Shown here: one piece after another, positions 8,088 to 18,132 of the stretch
Layout of the letters: each line of letters opens with the position of its first letter
How positions within the stretch are numbered: the stretch's first letter is position 1
Origin: Acidobacteriaceae bacterium
Lineage (GTDB): Bacteria > Acidobacteriota > Terriglobia > Bryobacterales > Bryobacteraceae
Direction: 5' to 3'
Assembly: GCA_020247055.1 (NCBI GenBank)
Contig: JADCJL010000115.1
Span: forward strand, 12,095 to 76,094
DNA: 64,000 nucleotides
Notes under the pieces: model-generated
Told to the model about the DNA's origin: nothing
The model's database searches: none
The model's input: only the letters and a program-made list of their open reading frames with translations
Translations under genes and position numbers: made by a program

Positions 8088-10115
8088 ATGCGTCTTATTC
8101 AGCGTTATTTCATGACCTTGGCCGGGCTAACGGTCGCCGTGTCGGCGTATGGGCAGGCTGGGCCGGGGGCCGGGCCGCGGCGGACCGAGAATCGCGGCGG
8201 GTCCTATTACAACTACGCCATGGGTCATCTCTATGCAGACCTGGCGCAGACGTACGGCAACCGGGCGGAGTACCTGAACAAGGCGATTGAGTTTTTCAAA
8301 GCGGCGATGAAGGATGACCCGTCGGCGGCGTTTGTGGCCGAGGAGATGTCGGACCTTTATATCCAGGCCGGGCGGCTGCGGGAGGCGGTGTCGGAGTCGG
8401 AGGCGGCGATCAAGGTCAACCCGAACGACCTGACGGCGCGGCGGATTCTGGGGCGGATTTTCTCGCGGCTGGTGGGCGACCCGCAGACGCGGGGACTGAA
8501 CGAGGAGATGCTGAAGCGGGCGACCGAGCAGTACCGGAAGATCACGGAGCTGGACGCCGAGGACGGCGAGAGCTGGATGATGCTGGGGCGGCTGCACAAA
8601 ATTGCGCAGAACTCGGTGGACGCCAAGATTGCTTACGAAAAGGCGCTGGCGCTGGACGCAGAGAACGTGGACGCGCTGAGCGGGTTGGCGCTGGTGCTGG
8701 CGGATGTGGGCGATACGGCGAAGGCGGCAGAGTTGCTGAAGAAAGTGGCCGAGAAGAGCCCGAACCTGCGGACGCTGACGGCGCTGGCGCAGGCCTACGA
8801 GCAGATGCGGGATTACGGGATGGCGAGCGAGACGCTGCGGAAGGCGCTCGAGATGCAGCCGGAGAACCTGGACATCAAGAAAGATTTTGCGAATTCGCTG
8901 GTGATGGCGGATAAAGTGGACGAGGCGCTGCGCACCTACGAGGAGCTGGTAAAGGAGGACCCGAAGGACGCGTTGAGCCAACTGCGGCTGTCGCAGATTT
9001 ACCGGCAGAAGGGGCAGTTTGACAAGGCGTGGGAGGCGAGCAACGCGGCCAAGCGGATTGACCCGAACAACCTGGAGATCCGCTACAACGAAGTGAACCT
9101 TTACGAGGGCCAGGGCAAGTACGCCGAGGCGATCACGGCGTTGAAGGACGTGCTGGCGCAGTCGCTGCGCGGGTCGAGCGCCGCGGAGAAGAACAACCGG
9201 GCGATGCTGCTGGAGCGGTTGGGGCTGCTGTACCGGAACAACGACCAGCCGGCCGAGGCGGTGGCGCAGTTTACCGAGATGGGGTCGCTTGATAAGGATC
9301 TGGGGGCGCGGAGCGCGGCGCAGGTGGTAGACACGTGGCGGCAGGCGCGGCAGTATCCGAAGGCGATTGCGGCAGCCGATGAGGCGCTGCAGAAGTATCC
9401 GGACGACCGGATGATCCGGATTGTGCGGGCGAGCGCGCTGGCCGAGTCGGGGCGGACGACGGAGGCGGTGGAAGACCTGAAGAAGATGCTGGGTGGGAAG
9501 GGGGACCGGGAGACGCATCTGCAGATGGCGCAGCTTTATGACAAAGCGAAGAACTACGGGGAGATGAGCAAGAGCCTGGATGCGGCCGAGGGGTTGTCGA
9601 AGACCGATGAGGAGCGGGAAGCGGTCTGGTTCAGCCGGGGCGCGATGTTCGAGAAGCAGAAGAAGTTTGACGAGGCCGAGCGGGAGTTCCGGAAGGTACT
9701 GGCCGTGAGCCCGAACAATCCCGGAGCGTTGAACTATCTGGGCTACATGCTGGCGGACCGGAACGTGCGGGTGGGCGAGGCGGAGAAGATGATCGCCAAG
9801 GCGCTCGAGCAGGAGCCGAACAACGGGGCGTACCTGGACAGTCTCGGTTGGGCGCAGTACCGGCTCGGGAAATATGAGGAGGCGCTGGCGAGCCTGCAGC
9901 GGTCGGCAGCTCTGACGCAGAGGGACTCGACGATTCATGATCATCTGGGCGATGTATATTTCAAGCTGAATAAGCTGAAGGAGGCCATCGCCGCATGGCA
10001 GCAGTCGATCAAAGAATGGGAAGCGAGCGCACCGAGCGAACGGGAGAACGTAGACATCACGAAGGTGCAGAAGAAGCTGGAAGCCGCCAAGGCCAAGGTG
10101 GCGCGCGAAAAGTAG
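8088..10115 (+). CDS. exported TPR-repeat protein (675 aa)
   Basis: I used the internal ATG at 8088, in frame with track ORF 7401..10115, giving MRLIQRYFMTLAGLTVAVSAYGQ (signal peptide). More than 10 TPR units follow (for example AIEFFKAAMKDDP, KIAYEKALALDAEN, LNYLGYMLADRN). The upstream 229 codons are G/A/E artefact antisense to miaA. Confidence 0.85.
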   Translation: MRLIQRYFMTLAGLTVAVSAYGQAGPGAGPRRTENRGGSYYNYAMGHLYADLAQTYGNRAEYLNKAIEFFKAAMKDDPSAAFVAEEMSDLYIQAGRLREAVSESEAAIKVNPNDLTARRILGRIFSRLVGDPQTRGLNEEMLKRATEQYRKITELDAEDGESWMMLGRLHKIAQNSVDAKIAYEKALALDAENVDALSGLALVLADVGDTAKAAELLKKVAEKSPNLRTLTALAQAYEQMRDYGMASETLRKALEMQPENLDIKKDFANSLVMADKVDEALRTYEELVKEDPKDALSQLRLSQIYRQKGQFDKAWEASNAAKRIDPNNLEIRYNEVNLYEGQGKYAEAITALKDVLAQSLRGSSAAEKNNRAMLLERLGLLYRNNDQPAEAVAQFTEMGSLDKDLGARSAAQVVDTWRQARQYPKAIAAADEALQKYPDDRMIRIVRASALAESGRTTEAVEDLKKMLGGKGDRETHLQMAQLYDKAKNYGEMSKSLDAAEGLSKTDEEREAVWFSRGAMFEKQKKFDEAEREFRKVLAVSPNNPGALNYLGYMLADRNVRVGEAEKMIAKALEQEPNNGAYLDSLGWAQYRLGKYEEALASLQRSAALTQRDSTIHDHLGDVYFKLNKLKEAIAAWQQSIKEWEASAPSERENVDITKVQKKLEAAKAKVAREK

Positions 10116-11968
10116 TTTGCCTGCTGGCGGCCGCCCTGCCTCTGCTAGCGCAGGGGCAGGGGCCGGAGTGGCGCTACTGGGGCGGGGACGCGGGCGGGCA
10201 GAAGTATTCGCCGCTGCGGCAGATTCACCGGGGCAACGTCGGCAAGCTGAAGGTAGCGTGGACGTACCGGACGGGGGAGATCAGCGACGGGAGTGAGTCG
10301 CCGTCGCGGAGCGCGTTTGAGACGACGCCGCTGTATGTGGACGGGGAGTTGTACGTGACGACGCCGTACAACCGGCTGGTGGCGCTGGAGGCGGAGACGG
10401 GCCGGGAGAAGTGGGCGTTTGATCCGAAGCTGGACCGGACGCGGCCGCTGAATCTGTTCATCAGCCGGGGGGCGTCGTACTGGACCGACGGGCGGGCGCG
10501 GCGGATTCTTTACGGGACGCAGGGGGGGAGGCTATTTTCGATCGACGCGGCGACGGGGAAGCCAGACGCGGCGTTTGGCGAGGGGGGATCGATCGACCTG
10601 CGGAAGGGCGTGGCGGAGGCGTGGCCGGACAAGGGCTACGGGATGACCTCGCCGCCGGCGATTTACAAGGACGTGGTGATTTGCGGGGCCTGGACGGCGG
10701 ACGGGGAGCCGCAGGGTCCGGCGGGGGACATTCGGGGGTTTGACGCGCGGACGGGGAAGCTGCTTTGGACGTTCCACACGGTGCCGCGGGCGGGTGAGTT
10801 CGGCTACGATACATGGCCGGCGGGAGCGGGCCAGGACCGGGCGGCGGTGAACGCCTGGAGCGTGCTGAGCGTGGATACGGAGCGGGGGATGGTGTTTGTG
10901 CCGCTGACTTCGCCGGCCTATGACTACTACGGCGGCGACCGGAAGGGGGACGGGCTGTTTGGCGATGCGGTGGTGGCGCTCGATGCGTTGACGGGGAAGC
11001 GGGTGTGGCATTTCCAGACGATTCACCACAACATTTGGGACTACGACCTGCCGGCGCAGCCGAACCTGGTGACGGTGCGGCACGAGGGGCGGATGGTGCC
11101 GGCGGTAGCGCAGGTGACCAAGACGGGATTTGTGTTTCTGCTGGACCGGGTGACGGGCAGGCCGCTGTTTCCGGTGGAGGAGCGGAGGGTGCCGGCGAGC
11201 GAGGTGCCGGGGGAGTGGGCGTCGCCGACGCAGCCGGTGCCGGTGAAGCCGCCGCCGTTTACGCGGCAATCGATGAAGGCGGAGGAGTTGACGACCGTGA
11301 CGCCGGAGTCGCGGAAGTTCTGCGAGGAGATTGTAAAGGGCGCGAAGTTCGGCGGGTTGTACACGCCGATTGGGCTGGAGCGGACGATTCTGTTTCCGGG
11401 CACGAACGGGGGGACGAACTGGGGCGGGGCGTCGTTTGACCCGGCGACGCGGACGCTATACGTGAACTCGATGGATGTGGGGATGACGTTTCAGTTGGAA
11501 AAGCGGCCGGAGGGAGCGGTGGTTCCGTACCGGGCGCGGGGGGCGCGGACGCCGAATTCGCGATTCTGGGACAACAACCTGTATTCGTGCCAGCAGCCGC
11601 CGTGGGGGAGTTTGACGGCGATTGACCTCGACACGGGGACGTTCCGGTGGCGGGTGGTGCTGGGCGAGTACGAGGAGTTGACCAAGCGGGGGGTGGCGAA
11701 GACGGGGACGCCGAACCTGGGCGGGTCGCTCGTGACGGCGGGGGGATTGTTGTTTATCGCGGCGACCAACGACGGGCGGTTCCGGGCGTTCGATAAGGAC
11801 TCGGGGCGACAGCTTTGGGAGACCCGGCTGCCGGCGAGCGGGCACGCCAATCCGATGACTTATAGCGGGCCGCGGTCGAAGCGGCAGTTTGTCGTGATTG
11901 CGGCGGGCGGGGGGAATAAATACAGCGCGACGTTTGCCGATGCGTTGGTGGCGTTTGCGTTGGAGTAG
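9995..11968 (+). CDS. PQQ-dependent dehydrogenase (glucose/quinate/shikimate-type 8-bladed propeller), soluble/exported form; start codon uncertain
   Basis: The sequence WRYWGGDAGGQKYSPLRQI, repeated W-containing propeller motifs, and IHHNIWDYDLP and GTNGGTNWGG support the family. The hydrophobic signal core VVCLLAAALPLLAQGQG has no ATG/GTG/TTG directly in front. The only in-frame starts are 9995 and 10016, both inside the preceding TPR gene. Confidence 0.8.
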   Translation: MAAVDQRMGSERTERTGERRHHEGAEEAGSRQGQGGARKVVCLLAAALPLLAQGQGPEWRYWGGDAGGQKYSPLRQIHRGNVGKLKVAWTYRTGEISDGSESPSRSAFETTPLYVDGELYVTTPYNRLVALEAETGREKWAFDPKLDRTRPLNLFISRGASYWTDGRARRILYGTQGGRLFSIDAATGKPDAAFGEGGSIDLRKGVAEAWPDKGYGMTSPPAIYKDVVICGAWTADGEPQGPAGDIRGFDARTGKLLWTFHTVPRAGEFGYDTWPAGAGQDRAAVNAWSVLSVDTERGMVFVPLTSPAYDYYGGDRKGDGLFGDAVVALDALTGKRVWHFQTIHHNIWDYDLPAQPNLVTVRHEGRMVPAVAQVTKTGFVFLLDRVTGRPLFPVEERRVPASEVPGEWASPTQPVPVKPPPFTRQSMKAEELTTVTPESRKFCEEIVKGAKFGGLYTPIGLERTILFPGTNGGTNWGGASFDPATRTLYVNSMDVGMTFQLEKRPEGAVVPYRARGARTPNSRFWDNNLYSCQQPPWGSLTAIDLDTGTFRWRVVLGEYEELTKRGVAKTGTPNLGGSLVTAGGLLFIAATNDGRFRAFDKDSGRQLWETRLPASGHANPMTYSGPRSKRQFVVIAAGGGNKYSATFADALVAFALE

Positions 11969-11984
11969 GGAGATACTGGACACT

Positions 11985-12440
11985 ATGCGGAAACAATGGA
12001 CGAGTTGGGCGATGGCGCTGGGCCTGGGGGCGAGCGCGTGGGCGGGCGAGCGGTTCGGCAAGGGATTGACACTGAGCGAGCCGACGCCGGTGGCGACGAT
12101 TCTGGGGGCGCCGGAGCAGTACATCGGCAAGATGGTACAGGTGCGCGGAAAGGTGACCGAGGTTTGCACCATGATGGGCTGCTGGATGCAGGTGGTGGAC
12201 CAGAAGGACGGGATGCGGATCAAGGTGAACGACGGGGAGATTGTGTTTCCGCGGACGGCGGTGGGCAAGACGGCGACAGCCGAAGGGGTTTTAAAGAAGC
12301 TGGTGCTGAGTAAGGAGCAGGCGGTGGCGCGGGCGCGGCACGAGGCTGAGGAGCAGGGGCGGAAGTTCGACCCGGCGTCGGTGAAGGGTGGTTTGGTGAT
12401 CTATCAGGTGCAGGGCACCGGGGCGGTAGTGGGCGAATAA
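11985..12440 (+). CDS. DUF4920-like exported protein
   Basis: I used the internal ATG at 11985, giving MRKQWTSWAMALGLGASAWA (signal peptide). The motif VTEVCTMMGCWMQV is typical of DUF4920. Confidence 0.65.
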   Translation: MRKQWTSWAMALGLGASAWAGERFGKGLTLSEPTPVATILGAPEQYIGKMVQVRGKVTEVCTMMGCWMQVVDQKDGMRIKVNDGEIVFPRTAVGKTATAEGVLKKLVLSKEQAVARARHEAEEQGRKFDPASVKGGLVIYQVQGTGAVVGE

Positions 12441-14011
12441 TGCAGCGCAGAAAACTGTTGTGGATGGCAGGAGCAGCCGCCGGGAGTGTGTTTGGCCAGG
12501 CGGCGGCGCCGGGAGCGGCGACGGGCCGTGCGAAGTGTAAGCTGGTGCTGGCGATTACGGTGGACCAGTTCCGGTATGACTATTTGACACGGTTCCGGGG
12601 CGAGTACACGGGCGGGATTGCGCGGATGTTGACGCAGGGGGCGGTGTTCACGAACGCGTTTTATGAGCACACGCCGACCGTGACGGCGGTGGGGCACGCG
12701 ACGATTTTGAGCGGGGCGAGTCCGGCGCTGTCGGGGATTGTGGGCAACGACTGGTGGGACCGGGAGATGAACCGGGAGGTGACGAGCGTTTTTGACCCGA
12801 AGGCGAAGACGCTGGGGGCGCCCGAGCGGGCGGCGGCGTCGCCGCACCGGCTGCTGGTTTCAACGATTGGGGATGAGATCAAGATGTCGGGCAAGGGGGA
12901 GAGCCGGACGATTGGGATTTCGGTGAAGGACCGGGGGGCGATTCTGCCGGCGGGGCGGATGGCGGATGCGGCGTACTGGTTCGATAACGAATCGGGGCGG
13001 TTTGTGTCGAGCACGTGGTACCAGAAGGCGCTACCGGGCTGGGTGGAGGCGTTCAACGGTCGGAAGCCGGGCGAGAAGTTTCTGGGCGCGGAGTGGAAGG
13101 CGGGGGACCTGCTGCTAAAGAAGATGCCGGCGAAAGCGGACACGATGTTCTACTCGAACATGGAGGCGAGTCCGTTTGGCAACGAGCTGCTCGAGGAGTT
13201 CACCGAAGCGGCGATTGAGAACGAGAAACTGGGCCAGCATGCGGGCGTGGACGTGCTGGCGGTGAGTTTTTCGTGCAACGACTATGTGGGGCACGCCGAG
13301 GGGCCGGACTCTCCGCACGCGCACGATATGTGCCGGCGGACGGATGCGATGCTGGCGCGGCTGTTTGCGTTTCTCGACAAGAAGATCGGCATGCGGAACG
13401 TGCTGGTGGTGTTTACGGCCGACCACGGCGTGGCGCCGGTGCCGGAGGTGAATACGGCGCGGAAGATGCCGGGGGCGCGGCTGAAGGACCGGGCGATTGG
13501 GGCGGCGATTGAGGAGGCGCTGAGCGCGCGGTACGGAGCCGGGAAATGGCTGGTGCAGGCCAAGTCACCATATGTGCCGTATCTTGACTATGAGCTGCTG
13601 TCGGCCCGGCGGATTGCGGCGCGGGAGGCGCGGCAGGTGGCGGCGGAGGCGGTGCGGAACCTTCCCGGGATTGCGCGTGTCTATACCAAAGACCAGATGA
13701 TGGAAGGGCTTGCGATCGGGGACTTTGTGGCGCGGCGGGTGCATAATGGCTACTACGCGGGGCGGGGGCCGGATCTGGTGGTGATAACCGAGCCGTATGC
13801 GATGTACGCGGCACGGGGGACGACGCACGGCGCGCCGTTCCACTACGACGCGCAGGTGCCGGTAATTTTGATGGGTCCCGGGGTGAAGCCCGGGCGTTAC
13901 CACCGGGCGGCGGCGGTGAACGATATCGCGCCGACGCTGGCGACGCTGCTTGAGGTGGCGATGCCGAGCGGCAACATGGGGCGGACGCTCGATGAGTGTT
14001 TAACGTACTGA
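12440..14011 (+). CDS. alkaline phosphatase / nucleotide pyrophosphatase (NPP, PafA-like) family enzyme
   Basis: The N-terminus has an RRKLL signal. ITVDQFRYDYL and PTVTAVGHATILSG (Thr nucleophile region) are present, along with NDYVGH and FTADHG metal-site motifs. The start overlaps the preceding stop (TAATG). Confidence 0.85.
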   Translation: MQRRKLLWMAGAAAGSVFGQAAAPGAATGRAKCKLVLAITVDQFRYDYLTRFRGEYTGGIARMLTQGAVFTNAFYEHTPTVTAVGHATILSGASPALSGIVGNDWWDREMNREVTSVFDPKAKTLGAPERAAASPHRLLVSTIGDEIKMSGKGESRTIGISVKDRGAILPAGRMADAAYWFDNESGRFVSSTWYQKALPGWVEAFNGRKPGEKFLGAEWKAGDLLLKKMPAKADTMFYSNMEASPFGNELLEEFTEAAIENEKLGQHAGVDVLAVSFSCNDYVGHAEGPDSPHAHDMCRRTDAMLARLFAFLDKKIGMRNVLVVFTADHGVAPVPEVNTARKMPGARLKDRAIGAAIEEALSARYGAGKWLVQAKSPYVPYLDYELLSARRIAAREARQVAAEAVRNLPGIARVYTKDQMMEGLAIGDFVARRVHNGYYAGRGPDLVVITEPYAMYAARGTTHGAPFHYDAQVPVILMGPGVKPGRYHRAAAVNDIAPTLATLLEVAMPSGNMGRTLDECLTY

Positions 14012-14068
14012 AACAGCTGGCTGTGGTAGGCTAACAGATAGTTTAAAAAGGGAGTTCGATCAAGATTT

Positions 14069-14581
14069 ATGTTTATCCGTTCGCTGCTTTTGCCGGCCCT
14101 TCTGCTTGCCGGCGCCACCGTTGCTTCCGCGCAGATGAAGGTTGCGATTATCAACCTGCAGAGGGCGGTTCTTGAGACGGCGGAATTGACCAAGGCGCAG
14201 AAGGATCTGGAAACCAAGTTCAAGCCGCGCCAGGAGCAGATCGAAGCGATTCAGAAGGAGCTGCAGCAGATTCAGACGCAGCTGCAGACGATGCAGGGCA
14301 AACTGACGCCGGCGGCCGAGCAGGAGTTGACGGTGCGCGGACAGCGGCGGCAGCGGGAGTTGCAGCGGTTGACGGAGGACCTGCAGGGCGACGTGGACCG
14401 GGAGCGGCAGGATGTGCTGGGCCGCAGCGCCAAGCGGATGGAAGAGGTGGTGAAGAAGGTTTCCGAGGCGGGCGGCTACGATGTGGTGATTGACGTCTCG
14501 AACGCGGTGTTTTTCAAGCCGGCGCTGGAGATTACCAAGCAGGCGACCGAGGAGTACAACAAAGCGTATCCGGTGAAGTAA
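14069..14581 (+). CDS. skp: OmpH/Skp periplasmic chaperone
   Basis: A signal peptide is followed by a long coiled-coil Q/E/K/R-rich arm (KAQKDLETKFKPRQEQIEAIQKELQ) and a C-terminal GYDVVID. Confidence 0.85.
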   Translation: MFIRSLLLPALLLAGATVASAQMKVAIINLQRAVLETAELTKAQKDLETKFKPRQEQIEAIQKELQQIQTQLQTMQGKLTPAAEQELTVRGQRRQRELQRLTEDLQGDVDRERQDVLGRSAKRMEEVVKKVSEAGGYDVVIDVSNAVFFKPALEITKQATEEYNKAYPVK

Positions 14582-14605
14582 GTTGTTGGTTCGGAGGGGG
14601 GTCCG

Positions 14606-15037
14606 ATGGGCGGCTATCTCGAGAATTTTGGCGTTCAGGACGCAAAGCGGGAACGGCTGAGGAAACGGGTGGCCGCGGGGGTGTTGGCGGTAGCGGTCAC
14701 CGGCGGGTTGTTGTGGTTCCTGCTGCGGAACTACAAGGAAGAGTCGCGCGTGAAGGAGTTTGTCGCAGCGCTCGAACGCAGGGATTATAAGGTGGCGCAC
14801 GCGTTGTGGGGGTGCACGGACGCCACGCCATGCCGGGATTATGGCATGACGCGGTTTCTCGAGGATTGGGGCGAGCAGGCGGGTCCGGTGCAGCGGGGAA
14901 GCGTGAAGAGCTGCGAGGGCGGCATTATCCAGACCGTGACGGTGAAAGGCAAAGAGACGCTGCTGTACGTGGACCGGGAGACGCTGCTGATTGGCTTTTC
15001 GCCGTGGCCGGTGTGTACGCCGCGGGTTAAGATGTAG
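14606..15037 (+). CDS. hypothetical single-pass membrane protein
   Basis: A TM segment VAAGVLAVAVTGGLLWFLL is followed by a globular Cys-containing domain. The composition is not mirror-like. Confidence 0.55.
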   Translation: MGGYLENFGVQDAKRERLRKRVAAGVLAVAVTGGLLWFLLRNYKEESRVKEFVAALERRDYKVAHALWGCTDATPCRDYGMTRFLEDWGEQAGPVQRGSVKSCEGGIIQTVTVKGKETLLYVDRETLLIGFSPWPVCTPRVKM

Positions 15038-15548
15038 CGTTGGTGATGTGGGCGAGGTGATGGGCGCCGTGCCAGGCGTAGAGGGCGAGGGTCTCTTCAA
15101 GGCGCCGGGGTCCGAGTTCGGGGTGGACGAACGGGCGCTGCCACTGTTCGTCTGAGAGCGATTCGAGCAGGATGACCCAGCGAAGGTGTAGGGCAGAGAG
15201 CAGGACGAGGGAGAGATCGACTTCGGCGTGGGCGGCGTCGGCGAGTTCGGCCCAGCGGGCTTCGTCGTAGGGTTTGATGATGGGGGCGTCTTCAGTGAGC
15301 GCCAGGCGGAAGCGGATATAGCTGTTCATGTGGCTGTCGGCCACGTGATGGACGGTTTGGCGGAGGGTCCAGCCGCCGGGGCGGTAGGGGGAGTCGAGTT
15401 GGGAGGGGGTGAGGGGGGAGACGGCGGCGCGGAGTTGCGCGGGGAAGGCGGCGAGGGCGCTGATCCAGTGGCGACGGTCTTCCGGGGTGATGCGGGTAGG
15501 CCATTGGAAGCGGCCGATGGGGTATTGGAGGTCGGGTTGGGGTGTCAT
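15027..15548 (-). CDS. DinB_2/YfiT-like metal-dependent (thiol transferase-type) protein
   Basis: The sequence GGWTLRQTVHHVADSHMNSYIRF ... YAWHGAHHLAHI carries the His triad of the DinB/YfiT fold. Confidence 0.85.
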   Translation of the reverse strand: MTPQPDLQYPIGRFQWPTRITPEDRRHWISALAAFPAQLRAAVSPLTPSQLDSPYRPGGWTLRQTVHHVADSHMNSYIRFRLALTEDAPIIKPYDEARWAELADAAHAEVDLSLVLLSALHLRWVILLESLSDEQWQRPFVHPELGPRRLEETLALYAWHGAHHLAHITNATS

Positions 15549-15928
15549 TGTGGTTGATTAATCATGAAATTCGCAACTTGTAGAAAGAAGGGGCGAAGGA
15601 TGGCTTCGGCTTCCTGAGGGAGGGCGGCGGTAGTGAAGGCGTTCTCCATGAGGGTGAGCCAGCGGTCGCGGGCGGCGGCGTTGATCTCGTAGGGGGCGTG
15701 GCGCATGCGGAGGCGGGGGTGGCCGCGTTGTTCGATGTAACGCGGGGGGCCGCCGAAGCGGCCGATAAGGAAATCGCGGAGACGTTGTTCGGCACCGGGG
15801 AGATCGTCGGCGGGGTACATGGGGCCGAGGATGTCATCGGTGGGGATCTGGGCGTAGAAGGCGGCGACGAGGCGGGCGAAGCCATCTTCGCCAATCGCGT
15901 CGTAGAGCTGCATCTCGTTGAGGCTCAT
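15545..15928 (-). CDS. glbO: group II truncated haemoglobin
   Basis: I used the internal ATG at 15928 (MSLNEMQLYDAIG). FYAQIPTDDILGPMYPADDLPGAEQRLRDFLIGRFGGPPRYIEQRGHPRLRMRHAPY is a close match to the trHbO signature. The gene has ATGA overlaps with both neighbours. Confidence 0.9.
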   Translation of the reverse strand: MSLNEMQLYDAIGEDGFARLVAAFYAQIPTDDILGPMYPADDLPGAEQRLRDFLIGRFGGPPRYIEQRGHPRLRMRHAPYEINAAARDRWLTLMENAFTTAALPQEAEAILRPFFLQVANFMINQPQ

Positions 15929-16416
15929 ACGGTTTGTTGGAGATAGAAGTAGAACAGGTCGGTGGCGGGAGGGACGTGACCGAGTTGGCGAAGCATGGCC
16001 ATGACCTGGCCGCGGTGGAGGGTGGCGTGGTTGACGACGTGGAGGAGAATCTTCCACCGGGCGAGGGTGAAGGTATCCCCGTTAAGGCGGCGGGAGGTGA
16101 GTTCGCGGTTGAGGTCGGTTTCGGCAGCGGCGTAGGCTTTGAGACCGTAGAGGACGGGGGGCCAGTGCTCTTTGAGTTGATCGAGCGTGGGTCCGGGAGC
16201 GGGATCGGCAAAGTCGATCTGGCGGCCTTCGAGACGGCCGAGCCAGGTTCTATCGGCGTAGTAGATATGTTGGAGAGTAGCCAGGACGGAGGAGTGGGAG
16301 ACGTGGAGGTCGCGGGTGAGTTCCTCTGGAGAGAGGCGGGAGGCAGCGTCGAGGAGCTTGGAGGAGGCCCACAGGCTGTAGTCGAGGTGGGTGAGGATCG
16401 TGGATTGAAGTTCCAT
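15925..16416 (-). CDS. DinB-family damage-inducible protein
   Basis: THLDYSLWASSKLL, LQHIYYADRTWLGRL and VVNHATLHRGQV are DinB four-helix-bundle motifs. Confidence 0.85.
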   Translation of the reverse strand: MELQSTILTHLDYSLWASSKLLDAASRLSPEELTRDLHVSHSSVLATLQHIYYADRTWLGRLEGRQIDFADPAPGPTLDQLKEHWPPVLYGLKAYAAAETDLNRELTSRRLNGDTFTLARWKILLHVVNHATLHRGQVMAMLRQLGHVPPATDLFYFYLQQTV

Positions 16417-16417
16417 A

Positions 16418-16454
16418 AAGCGAAAAGCCGGGGTGATGCGAGATCAGCCCCGGC
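16418..16454 (-). terminator. putative rho-independent terminator of rpoD
   Basis: The minus strand reads GCCGGGG-(14 nt loop)-CCCCGGC, a 7-bp stem at 16427..16433 / 16448..16454, followed by TTTTCGCTTT. It lies 24 nt after the rpoD stop. Confidence 0.5.
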
Positions 16455-16478
16455 AAGTGATGGATCGTACCGAAGCGG

Positions 16479-18038
16479 CTAGCGGGCGGCGAGCAGGGCG
16501 CGGAGGTGACGGGCGCGTTCCGGCGAGCGGAGCTGGCGCAGGGCCTTGGCTTCGATTTGGCGGATGCGTTCGCGGGTCACGTCGAACTCCTGCCCGATCT
16601 CTTCGAGAGTGTGCTCGCGCTCACAGCCGATGCCGAAACGGAGGCGGATCACCTTTTCTTCTTTTGGGGAGAGGGTTTTGAGGATGTTCGCCGTCTCATC
16701 GCGCACGTTGGCTTCGATGACCGAATCGACGGGGGAGCCAACCCACCGATCTTCGATAAGATCGCCGAGGGCCGATTCCCCATCACGACCAACCGGAGTT
16801 TCAAGGGAAACCGGGTCGCGAGAGATGGTTTTCAGCTTTTGGACCTTTTCGACGGGGATGTCCATGCGACGGCTGATTTCTTCATTTGTAGGAGCGCGGC
16901 CGAGTTCTTTTTCCAGTTCGCGGGTAGCGCGCAGGAACTTGTTCATCGACTCGTTCATGTGCACGGGGATGCGAATAGTACGGGACTGGTCGGCGATGGC
17001 GCGGGTGATGGCCTGACGGATCCACCAGGTAGCGTAGGTGGAGAACTTGTAGCCGCGACGGTACTCGAACTTGTCGGCGGCGCGCATGAGACCGATATTG
17101 CCTTCCTGAATCAGATCGAGGAGATGGAGACCGCGGTTGACATACTTCTTGGCGACGGAGACGACGAGGCGGAGGTTGGCCTCTACGAGGTCTTTTTTGG
17201 CGCGCTCGGCCTCGGATTCGCCGTGCCGGATGATCGCGATGGTGTGACGAAGATCTGTGAGGGAGGCACCGGCGAGGGTTTCGAGCCGCTTCACCTCCTT
17301 CTTCAACTCGCGGATACGCCCGGCGTGTTCCGGCTTTTTCCTTTCTTCCAGGCGATGGAGTTCCGCTTCGAGGTGAACGATTTCATCGACTGTCTTGTCG
17401 ATCTCCTGAGCGAACTGACGCCAACGGGAGGGATAGAACGGGATAGCCCGGATGGCGAGGCTGGTTTCTACCCTCGAACGGGCGAGGCGCATGACGAGTT
17501 TGCGGCGTGCTTTCCGGGTGGCCGCATCCTTGAGTTCAGCGGGTTTAAGAGGGAGGACGCCTTCCAGCTTTTCGGCGCTTTGCTGCTGCTTTTTGTAGAG
17601 CGTAACAACATTCAGGAAGCGGTCGAGCGCCTCCTTGCGCATCTTGGCATCGGCGGGCGTTCCGTCTTCGCTTTCGCCGAGGTCGACGAAATTATCGATA
17701 TCCTGCTCTTCTTTGCGCAGCGCCTCGGCGAATTCCATGACGCGATGCTGGACCACAGCAGAGCGGCTGATGGCACGCAACATCCGGAGTTTGCCGCGCT
17801 CCATGCGACGGGCCAGTTCGACCTCACCCTCCCGGGTCAGCAGCGGCACAGCGCCCATTTCGCGGAGGTAGACGCGAACGGGGTCGTCGGTGTAGATCGA
17901 CTCTTCGGGAGCAACCTGTCCCGGAAACTCATCGCCATCGTGAACTTCTTCCGGGTGGAAAAAATTTGCTTCTTCGTCAAATGGGAGCCCAAGGGGCTCG
18001 GCTGTGTCAGCAGAATACTGGTCTTCGAAGTGATCCAT
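16479..18038 (-). CDS. rpoD: primary RNA polymerase sigma factor (sigma-70)
   Basis: [62 protein letters not shown] and the region 4.2 segment [28 protein letters not shown] are all present. Confidence 0.95.
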   Translation of the reverse strand: MDHFEDQYSADTAEPLGLPFDEEANFFHPEEVHDGDEFPGQVAPEESIYTDDPVRVYLREMGAVPLLTREGEVELARRMERGKLRMLRAISRSAVVQHRVMEFAEALRKEEQDIDNFVDLGESEDGTPADAKMRKEALDRFLNVVTLYKKQQQSAEKLEGVLPLKPAELKDAATRKARRKLVMRLARSRVETSLAIRAIPFYPSRWRQFAQEIDKTVDEIVHLEAELHRLEERKKPEHAGRIRELKKEVKRLETLAGASLTDLRHTIAIIRHGESEAERAKKDLVEANLRLVVSVAKKYVNRGLHLLDLIQEGNIGLMRAADKFEYRRGYKFSTYATWWIRQAITRAIADQSRTIRIPVHMNESMNKFLRATRELEKELGRAPTNEEISRRMDIPVEKVQKLKTISRDPVSLETPVGRDGESALGDLIEDRWVGSPVDSVIEANVRDETANILKTLSPKEEKVIRLRFGIGCEREHTLEEIGQEFDVTRERIRQIEAKALRQLRSPERARHLRALLAAR

Positions 18039-18132
18039 CTAGAGTCACTCTCCCGTGGAGGGTCTGGCCATCAACTTTCGGAACGGAAATGGGTCAGAAG
18101 TGCAGACGGACCCGTCAGGAGTGCCATTTCGA

